DNA of 50,362 bases from positions 1 to 50,362 of the forward strand of contig CAZHKK010000004.1 of NCBI GenBank assembly GCA_964532735.1. Direction: 5' to 3'. The translations under genes were made by a program, and so were the position numbers. The DNA is from an uncultured Gammaproteobacteria bacterium. GTDB taxonomy: Bacteria > Patescibacteriota > Patescibacteriia > JAGPKW01. The notes beneath the pieces were generated by a model. That model was not told the origin of the DNA. It saw nothing but the letters and a program-made list of their open reading frames with translations, and ran no database searches. The stretch's first letter is position 1, and each line of letters starts with the position of its first letter. Of the stretch, positions 35,083 to 44,300 are shown piece after piece.

Positions 35083-35096
35083 TAACTTTTTAAACT

Positions 35097-35360
35097 ATGA
35101 AAACAGTAGAAAAAAAAGAAACAACTAGAGTAGAAAGAAAATTGGAAGGAGTTGTAGTTAGCGACAAAATGGATAAAACTGTTGTCGTTAATGTTACAAG
35201 ACTTAAATTACATCCAAAATACAAAAAAAGATTTAAAGTTTCTACAAAATTTAAGTGTCATGATGAAGAAAACCAATATAAAATTGGTGATATAGTTGTT
35301 ATTAAACAAACAAGACCTCTATCTAAAGATAAAAGATATGTCGTAGTTTCTAAAAAATAG
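35097..35360 (+). CDS. rpsQ: Ribosomal protein uS17
   Basis: [26 protein letters not shown]...RPLSK.K. Confidence 0.93.
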   Translation: MKTVEKKETTRVERKLEGVVVSDKMDKTVVVNVTRLKLHPKYKKRFKVSTKFKCHDEENQYKIGDIVVIKQTRPLSKDKRYVVVSKK

Positions 35361-35401
35361 TTTTTTAGAAACTTGAAGATTAAGTATTAATTTTTATAAA
35401 A

Positions 35402-35773
35402 ATGATTCAACATAGATCATATTTAACCATAGCTGATAACACAGGTGCAAAAAGCGTTATGTGTATTCGTGTTAATGGTGGTTATCAAAAAAGATATGCG
35501 ACAGTTGGCGATATTATAACATGTGTTGTTAAAGATGCTCGTCCAAGATGTCAAGTAAAAAAATCAGATATAGTGTATGCTGTTATTGTTAGAACAAGAA
35601 AAGAAAAAAGAAGAAATGATGGAAGTTATATTAGATTTGGAGATAATGCAGCTGTTATTATAGATAAAAAAAATAGCGAACCAAAAGGATCTCGTGTTTT
35701 TGGGCCGGTTGCAAGAGAAGTTAAAGATAAAGGATTTGTAAAAATAGCCTCACTTGCCTCAGAGGTTATTTAA
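35402..35773 (+). CDS. rplN: Ribosomal protein uL14
   Basis: [26 protein letters not shown]. Confidence 0.97.
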   Translation: MIQHRSYLTIADNTGAKSVMCIRVNGGYQKRYATVGDIITCVVKDARPRCQVKKSDIVYAVIVRTRKEKRRNDGSYIRFGDNAAVIIDKKNSEPKGSRVFGPVAREVKDKGFVKIASLASEVI

Positions 35774-35792
35774 TTAAGTAATAATTATTTTT

Positions 35793-36101
35793 ATGAAAAT
35801 TAAAAAGAACGATTTAGTAAAAATTATATCTGGAAAAGATTTGGGAAAAGAAGGAAAAGTTACTCAAATTTTAATTAGTGAAAATAAAGTTGTAGTTGAT
35901 GGGGTAAATAAGACTATCAAAAATTTAAAGTCTAAAAATTCTCAAGAAAAAGGAAAAAAGATAGAATATTTTGCACCAATACATTATTCTAACGTTCAAT
36001 TTATTTGTCCATCTTGTAAAAAAACCGTAAAGTTGGGATATAAGATTGAAAATAAGTCTAAAGTTAGAGTTTGTAAAAAATGCAACGCAGTAATAAATTA
36101 A
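35793..36101 (+). CDS. rplX: Ribosomal protein uL24, zinc-ribbon-containing variant
   Basis: KOW motif IKKNDLVKIISGKDLGKEGKV, and a C-terminal CPSC...CKKC. Confidence 0.92.
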   Translation: MKIKKNDLVKIISGKDLGKEGKVTQILISENKVVVDGVNKTIKNLKSKNSQEKGKKIEYFAPIHYSNVQFICPSCKKTVKLGYKIENKSKVRVCKKCNAVIN

Positions 36102-36122
36102 TAACTTTTTTATCAAATATTT

Positions 36123-36683
36123 ATGCAAGGAAATAATGAATTGAAAATTAAATATGATAAGGAAATAATTCCTGCTTTAAAGAAAGATTTCGGTATTAAA
36201 AATATTTTACAATTGCCAAAATTATCAAATATTAGTATAAATGTTGGTGTTGGTAAATTTTCTAAAGAAGAAAATTTCTTGAAGTCAGTTGAAAATGCTT
36301 TAGCATCTATAACTGGTCAAAAACCTGTAAGAAGAAAAGCTAAAAAATCTATTTCTGGCTTTAAAGTTAGAGAAGGTCAAATAGTTGGAATAAGTGTTTC
36401 TCTTAGAGGTGAAAAAATGTATTCTTTTGTGAATAAATTTTTAAATGTGGTTTTACCAAGAATGAAAGATTTTAGAGGTATAAAACCAAAATCTATGGAT
36501 AAAAATGGAAACATTACTATTGGGGTTAAGGAAATAAATGTTTTTCCAGAAGTTGAATCTTTTGATTTAAATCAATTATTTGGATTAGAAGTTACTTTAT
36601 CTGTAAATAAATTTGCTTCAAAAGAAATAAATTTAAAAATGCTTGAATTAATGGGAGTACCATTTATAAAAGAAACTAAATAA
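36123..36683 (+). CDS. rplE: Ribosomal protein uL5
   Basis: NILQLPKLSNISINVGVG, FRGI, and operon position. Confidence 0.95.
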   Translation: MQGNNELKIKYDKEIIPALKKDFGIKNILQLPKLSNISINVGVGKFSKEENFLKSVENALASITGQKPVRRKAKKSISGFKVREGQIVGISVSLRGEKMYSFVNKFLNVVLPRMKDFRGIKPKSMDKNGNITIGVKEINVFPEVESFDLNQLFGLEVTLSVNKFASKEINLKMLELMGVPFIKETK

Positions 36684-36697
36684 TTACCTAAAAGATT

Positions 36698-36892
36698 ATG
36701 GCAACAGAAGCTCAAATAGTAAAATCAACAATATCTCTTACAAAGCCAAAATTTTCTACAAGAGTAGTTAGAAGATGTTTTAAATGTGGAAGAAAACATG
36801 GATATATGAGAGATTTTGGTATGTGTAGAATTTGTTTTAGAGAATTAGCTAGAAAAAATGCCCTTCCTGGTATTAAAAAAGCTAGCTGGTAA
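36698..36892 (+). CDS. rpsN: Ribosomal protein uS14, short zinc-binding (type Z) form
   Basis: It is 64 aa, with [26 protein letters not shown]. Confidence 0.95.
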   Translation: MATEAQIVKSTISLTKPKFSTRVVRRCFKCGRKHGYMRDFGMCRICFRELARKNALPGIKKASW

Positions 36893-36896
36893 AGTG

Positions 36897-36918
36897 TTAT
36901 ATTACGAAAGTAATATAA
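36897..36918 (+). other. Perfect 9-bp hairpin capped by a GAAA (GNRA) tetraloop directly after rpsN
   Basis: TTATATTAC-GAAA-GTAATATAA, beginning 5 nt after the stop codon. Confidence 0.55.
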
Positions 36919-37017
36919 TTAAATTCTAATTTAAATAATAAAAATTTATTAAGTTATAAATCTTTTGATGCTTTAGGGGTTTATAATACTGATATAATTA
37001 ATGATAAATATAATTTT

Positions 37018-37413
37018 ATGATGACAGATCCAATTAGTGACATGTTAACAAGAATGAGAAATGCTTTAAAGATAAAGCAAAAGTTTGTTATTATACCTTT
37101 TTCTAATTTTAAATCTGAAATATTAAACGTTATGAAAAAAAACGGATATTTAGATAAAATAGAAGAAAGTGGTGAAATTCCAACAAAATATTTAAAAGTT
37201 ACATTTAAATATAATGAAAATGGTCAACCTGCCATTCATGGTTTAAAGAAAATTAGTAAACCAGGAAGAAAGATGTATATTACATCAAGTAAATTACCAG
37301 TTGTTTTATCTGGTTTAGGAGTATCGATACTTTCTACTTCTTCTGGAGTTATGACAAATTTAGACGCAAAGAAGAAGAATCTTGGTGGTGAGTGTATTTG
37401 TGAAATTTACTAA
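37018..37413 (+). CDS. rpsH: Ribosomal protein uS8
   Basis: TDPISDMLTRMRNA, ILSTSSGVMT. Confidence 0.96.
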   Translation: MMTDPISDMLTRMRNALKIKQKFVIIPFSNFKSEILNVMKKNGYLDKIEESGEIPTKYLKVTFKYNENGQPAIHGLKKISKPGRKMYITSSKLPVVLSGLGVSILSTSSGVMTNLDAKKKNLGGECICEIY

Positions 37414-37443
37414 TATTTTTTAATTAAATTTAAGTTTAAAACT

Positions 37444-37998
37444 ATGTCTAGAATAGGAAAAATGGCAATTAATGTTCCAGATAATGTGAATGTTAAAATA
37501 GAAAAAGGTATGATTTCTGTTTCTGGTCCAAAAGGTATTTTGTCGGCTGATTTTTTACCTTTTGTTACCGTTGTTTTTGATGAAACAGCAAAACAAATTT
37601 CTGTGGATGTTGCTAATCCAGAATCTTCAAAAGAAAAACCTTTTTGGGGATTATATAGAGCATTAATATCTAATCTTGTATTGGGTGTTACAGAAGGTTT
37701 TACAAAAAAATTAGAATTAAGTGGAGTTGGTTATTCTGTTACTGCTGCGGGGAATAAATTAAAATTTAATTTAGGTTATTCTCATCCTGTAGAATATAAT
37801 TTGCCGGAAGGTGTTACAGGTATTGTAGAAAAAGGAATAATAACAATTTCTGGAATTGATAAACAAGTTGTTGGTCAAGTTGCTGCTGAAATTAGAGCTT
37901 TGAGAAAAGTAGATCCTTATAAATTAAAAGGGATTAAATACGAAGGAGAAGTAATAATTAAGAAGGCTGGAAAACTTGCTAAAGCTGTTGGTAAATAA
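37444..37998 (+). CDS. rplF: Ribosomal protein uL6
   Basis: MSRIGKMAI.VP..V, LSGVGY, GYSHPV. Confidence 0.96.
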   Translation: MSRIGKMAINVPDNVNVKIEKGMISVSGPKGILSADFLPFVTVVFDETAKQISVDVANPESSKEKPFWGLYRALISNLVLGVTEGFTKKLELSGVGYSVTAAGNKLKFNLGYSHPVEYNLPEGVTGIVEKGIITISGIDKQVVGQVAAEIRALRKVDPYKLKGIKYEGEVIIKKAGKLAKAVGK

Positions 37999-38109
37999 TA
38001 AATAAGCATATTGTTGGTGGCGGTTGTTCGCCCGCAAACTCATTTAGTATTATTAAGTCGCGTTATTGAGCTTATTGGTCTAAATGATTAATAAAATAAT
38101 AAAATATAT

Positions 38110-38469
38110 ATGGATAAGAATATCGCAAAACAATTAACAAGAGCAAGAAAAAAAAGAAAAATTAGATCAACAATTTCTGGAACTATTGATAAACCAAGAT
38201 GTTCTGTTTTTAAGAGTTTGTCTAATTTAAACATTCAATTAATCGATGATGTTGCTGGAAAAACTTTAGTTTCTTTGAATACATTATCTATGGATTTCAA
38301 AAAAGGAACTAAAAAAATAGAACAAGCTCATGAAGCTGGTATTAAACTTGCAGAATTAGCTTTAGCTAAAGGTATAAAGACTATAGTTTTTGATAGAAAT
38401 GGATATATTTATCATGGTAGAGTTAAGGCTGTAGCTGAAGGTCTTAGAGAAAGTGGAATAAACTTTTAA
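38110..38469 (+). CDS. rplR: Ribosomal protein uL18
   Basis: RARKKRKIRS, PRCSVFKSLSN...QLID, FDRNGY.YHGRVKA.AEG.RE.G. Confidence 0.95.
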   Translation: MDKNIAKQLTRARKKRKIRSTISGTIDKPRCSVFKSLSNLNIQLIDDVAGKTLVSLNTLSMDFKKGTKKIEQAHEAGIKLAELALAKGIKTIVFDRNGYIYHGRVKAVAEGLRESGINF

Positions 38470-38522
38470 TTTGTATTAGCATAATATGATAATTATGCTT
38501 GTTAATAAAAAAATATAAAAAT

Positions 38523-39101
38523 ATGGAAAAAGAAAATTTAAAAGATATAAAAGACACAAAAGATATTAAGGAAAAAGACCTTAAAAATTTTACTCGTAAT
38601 GTTAAATTTGAAAAAACAGATAAAGAGTTTGATCAAAAATTAATTGAAGTTACTAGAGTTACTAGAGTTACTGAAGGTGGAAAAAGACTTAGATTTAGAG
38701 CTTGTGTTGTTGCAGGGAATAGAAATGGAAAAGTTGGTGTTGGTATTGCTAAATCTGGTGATGTTTCTATTGCTGTTGATAAGGCTTTTGCTCAAGCAAA
38801 GAAAAATATAATTGATGTTAGTTTTTCTTCTTATACTGTTCCTTGTGAAGTTACAGAAAAATATAAAGCTGCTAAAGTTATGTTAAAACCAGCTACAGAA
38901 GGTACTAATATTGTTGCTGGTGGTGCTACTAGAAGTATCTTGGAGCTTGCTGGTGTTAAAAATGCAGTTGCTAAAACAATTGGAACAACAAAAAATAAAA
39001 TTTCTAATGTTTATGCTACTTTAAATGCTTTAAAAAAATTAAAAGAATTTGAAGAAGTAAAAGCTGCAAAATTTAAGAAAATAGAAAAAGTAAATAAATA
39101 A
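38523..39101 (+). CDS. rpsE: Ribosomal protein uS5
   Basis: VTRVTRVTEGGKRLRFRA.VV.GN..G.VG.G..K, and ATG 38523 is preferred over the TTG at 38499. Confidence 0.95.
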   Translation: MEKENLKDIKDTKDIKEKDLKNFTRNVKFEKTDKEFDQKLIEVTRVTRVTEGGKRLRFRACVVAGNRNGKVGVGIAKSGDVSIAVDKAFAQAKKNIIDVSFSSYTVPCEVTEKYKAAKVMLKPATEGTNIVAGGATRSILELAGVKNAVAKTIGTTKNKISNVYATLNALKKLKEFEEVKAAKFKKIEKVNK

Positions 39102-39148
39102 ATCCGGCTAATTATTGAATAGCGGACTAAGTAATTAATTTTATAAAA

Positions 39149-39610
39149 ATGTCAAAGATATTATCTTTAAACAATTTAACACCAAAAAAAGAAGCTTTAA
39201 CAAGAAATAAGATTAGAGTTGGTAGAGGTGATGCTTCTGGACATGGTTCTTATTCTGGAAAAGGAAGAAAAGGACAAAAGTCAAGAACTGGTAGTAGAAA
39301 GGGTTTAAAGTTGTTTGCATTAAGACAAACAATTATGAGAACTCCTAAATTAAGAGGTTTTAAGTCTTTAACACAAAAACCTGCTGTGTTTAATGTTTCT
39401 GATTTAGCTTTAAAATTTAAAGAGGGTTCAACTATAAATTTAGCTTTATTAAAAGAGTTAAATTTGGTTAGAAACGATATAAAAGCTTTTAAAATTTTAG
39501 GAAATGGTGAAATTTCTATTAAGGTTGTTATAGAGGGTGGTCAAGTGTCTAAAACTGCAAAAGAAAAAATAGAAAAAGCTGGTGGAGAAATAAAAGAAAT
39601 AAAAAAATAA
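39149..39610 (+). CDS. rplO: Ribosomal protein uL15
   Basis: VGRGDASGHGSYSGKGRKGQKSR, and operon position directly after rpsE. Confidence 0.95.
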   Translation: MSKILSLNNLTPKKEALTRNKIRVGRGDASGHGSYSGKGRKGQKSRTGSRKGLKLFALRQTIMRTPKLRGFKSLTQKPAVFNVSDLALKFKEGSTINLALLKELNLVRNDIKAFKILGNGEISIKVVIEGGQVSKTAKEKIEKAGGEIKEIKK

Positions 39611-39647
39611 ACGTAGGGGTGGTTTTTCTGCCCATACGTTTATTTTA
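39610..39647 (+). terminator. Terminator/attenuator-like hairpin between rplO and secY
   Basis: ACGTAGGGGTGG-TTTTT-CTGCCCATACGT (12 stem positions: nine Watson-Crick pairs, two G-U wobbles and one G-A mismatch) followed by TTATTTT. Confidence 0.45.
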
Positions 39648-39687
39648 AATAAAAAAGGTTTGGATTTATTGGATTAAAAACAAAAAG

Positions 39688-41004
39688 ATGTTTGATAAAT
39701 TTTTGAAAATTTTAAAAAATAAAGATATAAGAAAGAAATTATTACAGATTTTTTTAATTCTTGTGATATTTAGAATTTTAGCTCATTTACCATTACCTGG
39801 TATTAATTTGAATGCTTTAGATAATCTTTTTCAGTCAAATCAGTTTCTTGGCATTGTAAATTTACTTTCAGGTTCTGGTCTTAAAAATTTTTCTATAGTT
39901 GCTCTTGGTGTTGGACCTTATATTACAGCGTCTATTATTATTCAACTTTTGACGGTTATTGTTCCAAAATTAGAAAGAATTTCTCAAGAAGGTGAATATG
40001 GTCATAAAAAATTAGAATCATACACAAGATGGTTAACTATTCCTTTTGCAATTTTGCAAGGTTATGGAACGGTAGCTATTTTAAGTAATGCAGGAACAAA
40101 TATTCTTACAAACGTAACAAATTCTTATATTGTATTTTTATTAACTGTTTTAACTGCTGGAACAATGTTGCTTATGTGGATGGGTGAAATTATATCAGAG
40201 AAAAAAATAGGCAATGGTATGTCTTGGATTATTTTTGCGGGTATTATATCTTCTGCATTATCAAGTGTTGGGAATATGATTCTTACTTATGATTCATCTC
40301 AGTTTTTAAATATTTTATTATATATAGTTATATTTTTTGCTGTTATTGTTGGAATAGTTTTTATTACAGAGGCTCAAAGAAATATTCCAGTTATATATGC
40401 TAGACAATTTAGGGATGGAAAAAATTTTGGGAATAATATGTCTTATTTACCAATAAGAGTTAATCAAGTTGGGATGATACCTATAATTTTTGCTGCTTCT
40501 ATAGTTACTATACCAACAATTTTATCTCAATATTTGGTAAATATTCATAACAATAATAGAATATTAGATTTATTATACAAAGGGTCACTTTTGTTTAATA
40601 ATAAAATTGTATATTCTGTATTTTATTTTTTAATGGTTATACTTTTTACTTTTTTCTATACTTCATTAGTTTTTAAAGCTGATAAGGTTTCAGAAAATTT
40701 AAATAAACAAGGTGCTTATGTTCCAGGTGTTAGACCAGGAAAAGAAACTGAAAATTATTTAAATTTTGTTAGTGGTAGAATAGTTTTATTGGGAGCTACA
40801 TTTTTGGGTATTGTTGCTATTTTGCCTATGGTTACACAAATTATTTTTGGTGTTCAAAACATGATGATTGGTGGGGCTAGCTTACTTATAGTAGTTGGTG
40901 TTATAATGGAAACATTAAAACAACTTGAAGCCTATTCAGTTCAAAATGATTATGAAGGTAAATATAGTGATTATTCTTTAGTTAAAATGGAAAAAACTAA
41001 TTAG
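39688..41004 (+). CDS. secY: Preprotein translocase subunit SecY
   Basis: It has 10 TM segments, with LALGVGPYITASII.QLL, WMGE.I...GIGNG.S..IF and IPVIYA. Confidence 0.96.
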   Translation: MFDKFLKILKNKDIRKKLLQIFLILVIFRILAHLPLPGINLNALDNLFQSNQFLGIVNLLSGSGLKNFSIVALGVGPYITASIIIQLLTVIVPKLERISQEGEYGHKKLESYTRWLTIPFAILQGYGTVAILSNAGTNILTNVTNSYIVFLLTVLTAGTMLLMWMGEIISEKKIGNGMSWIIFAGIISSALSSVGNMILTYDSSQFLNILLYIVIFFAVIVGIVFITEAQRNIPVIYARQFRDGKNFGNNMSYLPIRVNQVGMIPIIFAASIVTIPTILSQYLVNIHNNNRILDLLYKGSLLFNNKIVYSVFYFLMVILFTFFYTSLVFKADKVSENLNKQGAYVPGVRPGKETENYLNFVSGRIVLLGATFLGIVAILPMVTQIIFGVQNMMIGGASLLIVVGVIMETLKQLEAYSVQNDYEGKYSDYSLVKMEKTN

Positions 41005-41030
41005 TTTTTAATAAAAGGTTGAAAATGATG

Positions 41031-41060
41031 TTAGAGATGGGGTAAATACCCTGTCTCTAA
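41031..41060 (+). terminator. Strong hairpin after secY (weak U-tract)
   Basis: TTAGAGATGGGG-TAAATA-CCCTGTCTCTAA, 12 bp including two G-U pairs. Confidence 0.45.
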
Positions 41061-41239
41061 ACGTCTTTAAATTATAAATTTTAAATAACTGGTATTAAAA
41101 ATATAAGGTTATTTATAATATTTAATGTGCATTTCTAAATTATTTGATGTTTAAAAAAATAAATTTCAAAGCTTATTTTAGATAAATAAAGCCAATTCTT
41201 ATAATGATTTGGTGTGTTTTTATTTTTCTGTAATAAGTT

Positions 41240-41268
41240 TTGAAAGTTAATGGTTCTAATTCTATCAA
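41240..41268 (+). promoter_or_regulatory. Candidate promoter of the fused rpoBC gene
   Basis: TTGAAA, 17-nt spacer, TATCAA, lying about 75 nt upstream of ATG 41345. Confidence 0.4.
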
Positions 41269-41344
41269 TTGCAAATAGGTCCGTATAGAAATTACAATCT
41301 TTAATTTTGAAAACTTAATTTAATTAATTAAAAGACATAACTTT

Positions 41345-44300
41345 ATGTTTGAAAAACATACAGAAGCCATAAGACAGTATGTTAAAAACATTGATAAGAA
41401 AACATCTCCAACATATTTATTGGAGATACAAAAAAATTCTTATGAATGGTTTTTTAGAGAAGGTTTAAAGGACCTTTTTGATGAAATAAATCCTATAAAA
41501 GATATTATAGGTAGAGATTTTGAGTTATATTTTCTTGATTATGCTCTTGATGAGCCAAAGTTTGATGAAAATACAGCTCGTTTTAAAAATTTAACATACG
41601 AAGCTTCATTAAAAGTTAAAAGTAAATTAGTAAATAAAAAAACAGGAGAAATAAAAGAACAAGATGTTTATCTTGGTGATTTTCCTATTATGACTTCTCA
41701 TGGAACTTTTGTTATTAATGGTATTGAGAGAGTTGTTGTTTCTCAACTTGTTAGAAGTCCTGGTGTTTTTTTTACTACTGATATTGTAAGAGGTAGAAAA
41801 TATTATGGAGCTAAAATTATTCCTAATAGAGGAGCTTGGCTTGAAATTGTTACGGACCAACATAATGTTTTGTGGGTAAAAATAGATAGAAAAAGAAAAG
41901 TAGCTGTTACATCATTATTGCAAGCTTTTGGTATGGATATTGATGAAATTAAATCTACTTTTACTGAAGTTGATAGCGATCCAGATATTTCTTTTATTGA
42001 TGCTACAATTAAAAAAGATTCTGCAAGAAATCAAGAAGACGCTTTACTTGAAGTTTATAAAAGAATTAGACCAGGTGATCTTGCTACTCCAGAAAATGCT
42101 AAATCTTTAATTTTTGCAACTTTCTTTAATTTCGAAAGGTATGATTTTAGTAAGGTTGGAAGATATAAAATTAATAAAAAATTTAATTTTGATATTCCAA
42201 ATACTCCAGAAACAAGAATTTTAAGAATGGAAGATTTAATTGCTATAATTTCAGAGATTATTAAATTAAACATCAGTCAGGATGAGGCCGATGATATTGA
42301 TCATCTTTCAAATAGAAGAGTTAGATCAATTGGTGAATTATTGCAAAGTAAATTAAGAGTTGGTTTGGCTAGAATGAGAAGAATTATTAAAGATAAAATG
42401 AGTACTCTTAATGTTGAATCAGTTACTCCAGTTCAACTTATTAATTCAAGACCTATTACATCTGTTGTAAGAGAGTTTTTTATGTCTTCTCAATTATCTC
42501 AATTTATGGATCAGATTAATCCACTTGCTGAACTTGAACATAAGAGAAGACTTTCTGTAATGGGGCCAGGTGGTCTTGTTAGAGAAAGAGCTGGTTTTGA
42601 AGTTCGTGATGTTCATAGAACTCATTATGGTAAAATTTGTCCTATTGAATCTCCAGAAGGTTCTAATATTGGTTTAGTTGGACATATGTCTGTTTATGCA
42701 AGAGTAAATGAATATGGTTTTCTTGAAACTCCTTATAAGAAAGTTTATAGAATTATTGAAAATTCAGCCAAATTACTTGAGGGTAAAATTTTAAACGAAA
42801 CAATAAAAGGGATAGGAAAGATTGGAGATAAAATAACTAAGGAATTAGCTAAAAAGATAGAATCTGATAAAAAAATAAAAGAAATTTCTATTAAGCCTTT
42901 TGTTAGTGAAGAAATTCATTATTTAACTTCTTCTGATGAGGAAAGATACAATATCGCAATTAATTATAATTTAGTTGATGGTCATTATTTTAAAAAAGAT
43001 TTTATTGAAGGAAGAATAAATGGAGAGGCTGGAACTATTCTTGTTGAACAAGTTGATTATATGGATGTTTCTAATATGCAAATAGTTGGAGTTTCTGCTG
43101 CTTTGATTCCATTCCTTGAACATACTGATGCTCATAGAGCTTTGATGGGTTCTAACATGCAAAGACAAGCTGTTCCTTGTATAGTTCCAGAATCTCCTGT
43201 TATAGGAACTGGGCTTGAAGGTGTTGTTGCTCGTGATTCTGGTCAAATTTTTATAGCTCCAGTTGATGGAACTGTAATAGAAGCAGATGCTAATTTGATT
43301 AGATTATTAGGTGATGATAAAAATATTTATTCTTATCAAATAAGAAAATTTGTTGAATCTAATGCAGGAACTTGTATAAATCAAAGATTACTTGTTACTT
43401 CTGGTGAAAAAGTTAAGGAGGGTCAAGTTTTGGTTGATGGAACTTCTATTGAAAAAGGAGAATTAGCTCTTGGTCAAAATTTAACAGTTGCTTTTATGTG
43501 TTGGGAAGGTGGTAATTATGAAGATGCTATTTTACTTTCTGAAAGAGTTGTTCAAAAAGATAGATATACTTCTATACATATAAGTAAAAAGATAATGGCT
43601 GTTAGAGAAACAAAAATTGGTCCAGAGGTTATAACTAGAGATATTCCTAATATTTCTGATGAAAAATTAAAAAATCTTGATGAAGATGGAGTTGTAAGGG
43701 TTGGTTCAGAAGTTTCTTCTGGGGATATTCTTGTTGGTAAAATTACTCCAAAAGGGGAAACTGAATTATCTGCTGAAGAAAGATTACTTAGAGCTATTTT
43801 TGGTGATAAAGCAAAAGATGTGAGAGATAGTTCTTTGAGATTAGAACATGGAGAAAGAGGAAAAGTTGTAGATATTAAAATATTTTCAAGAGATAAAGGA
43901 GATAAACTTCCTTCTGGTGTTATAAAACAAATTGAAGTTTCTATTGCTACTTTGAGAAAAGTACAAGTTGGAGATAAAATGGCTGGTAGGTATGGTAATA
44001 AGGGTGTTATTTCTAGAATTGTTAAAATGGAAGATATGCCATATCTAGAAAATGGAAAGCCAGTTGATATATTATTAAACCCTCTTGGTGTTGTTTCTAG
44101 AATGAATTTGGGACAATTATTTGAAGTTCATTTAGGACTTGCTGCTCAAGCTTTAGGAGTAAAAATAGCAACTCCTGTTTTTGATGGAGTTAGTAAGGAA
44201 GAAGTTATTGAACAATTAACAAAAGCAGGTTTTCCTGCTGATGGCAAAATTCAATTATACGACGGAAGAACAGGAGAGCCTTTTACTGAAAAAACTACTG

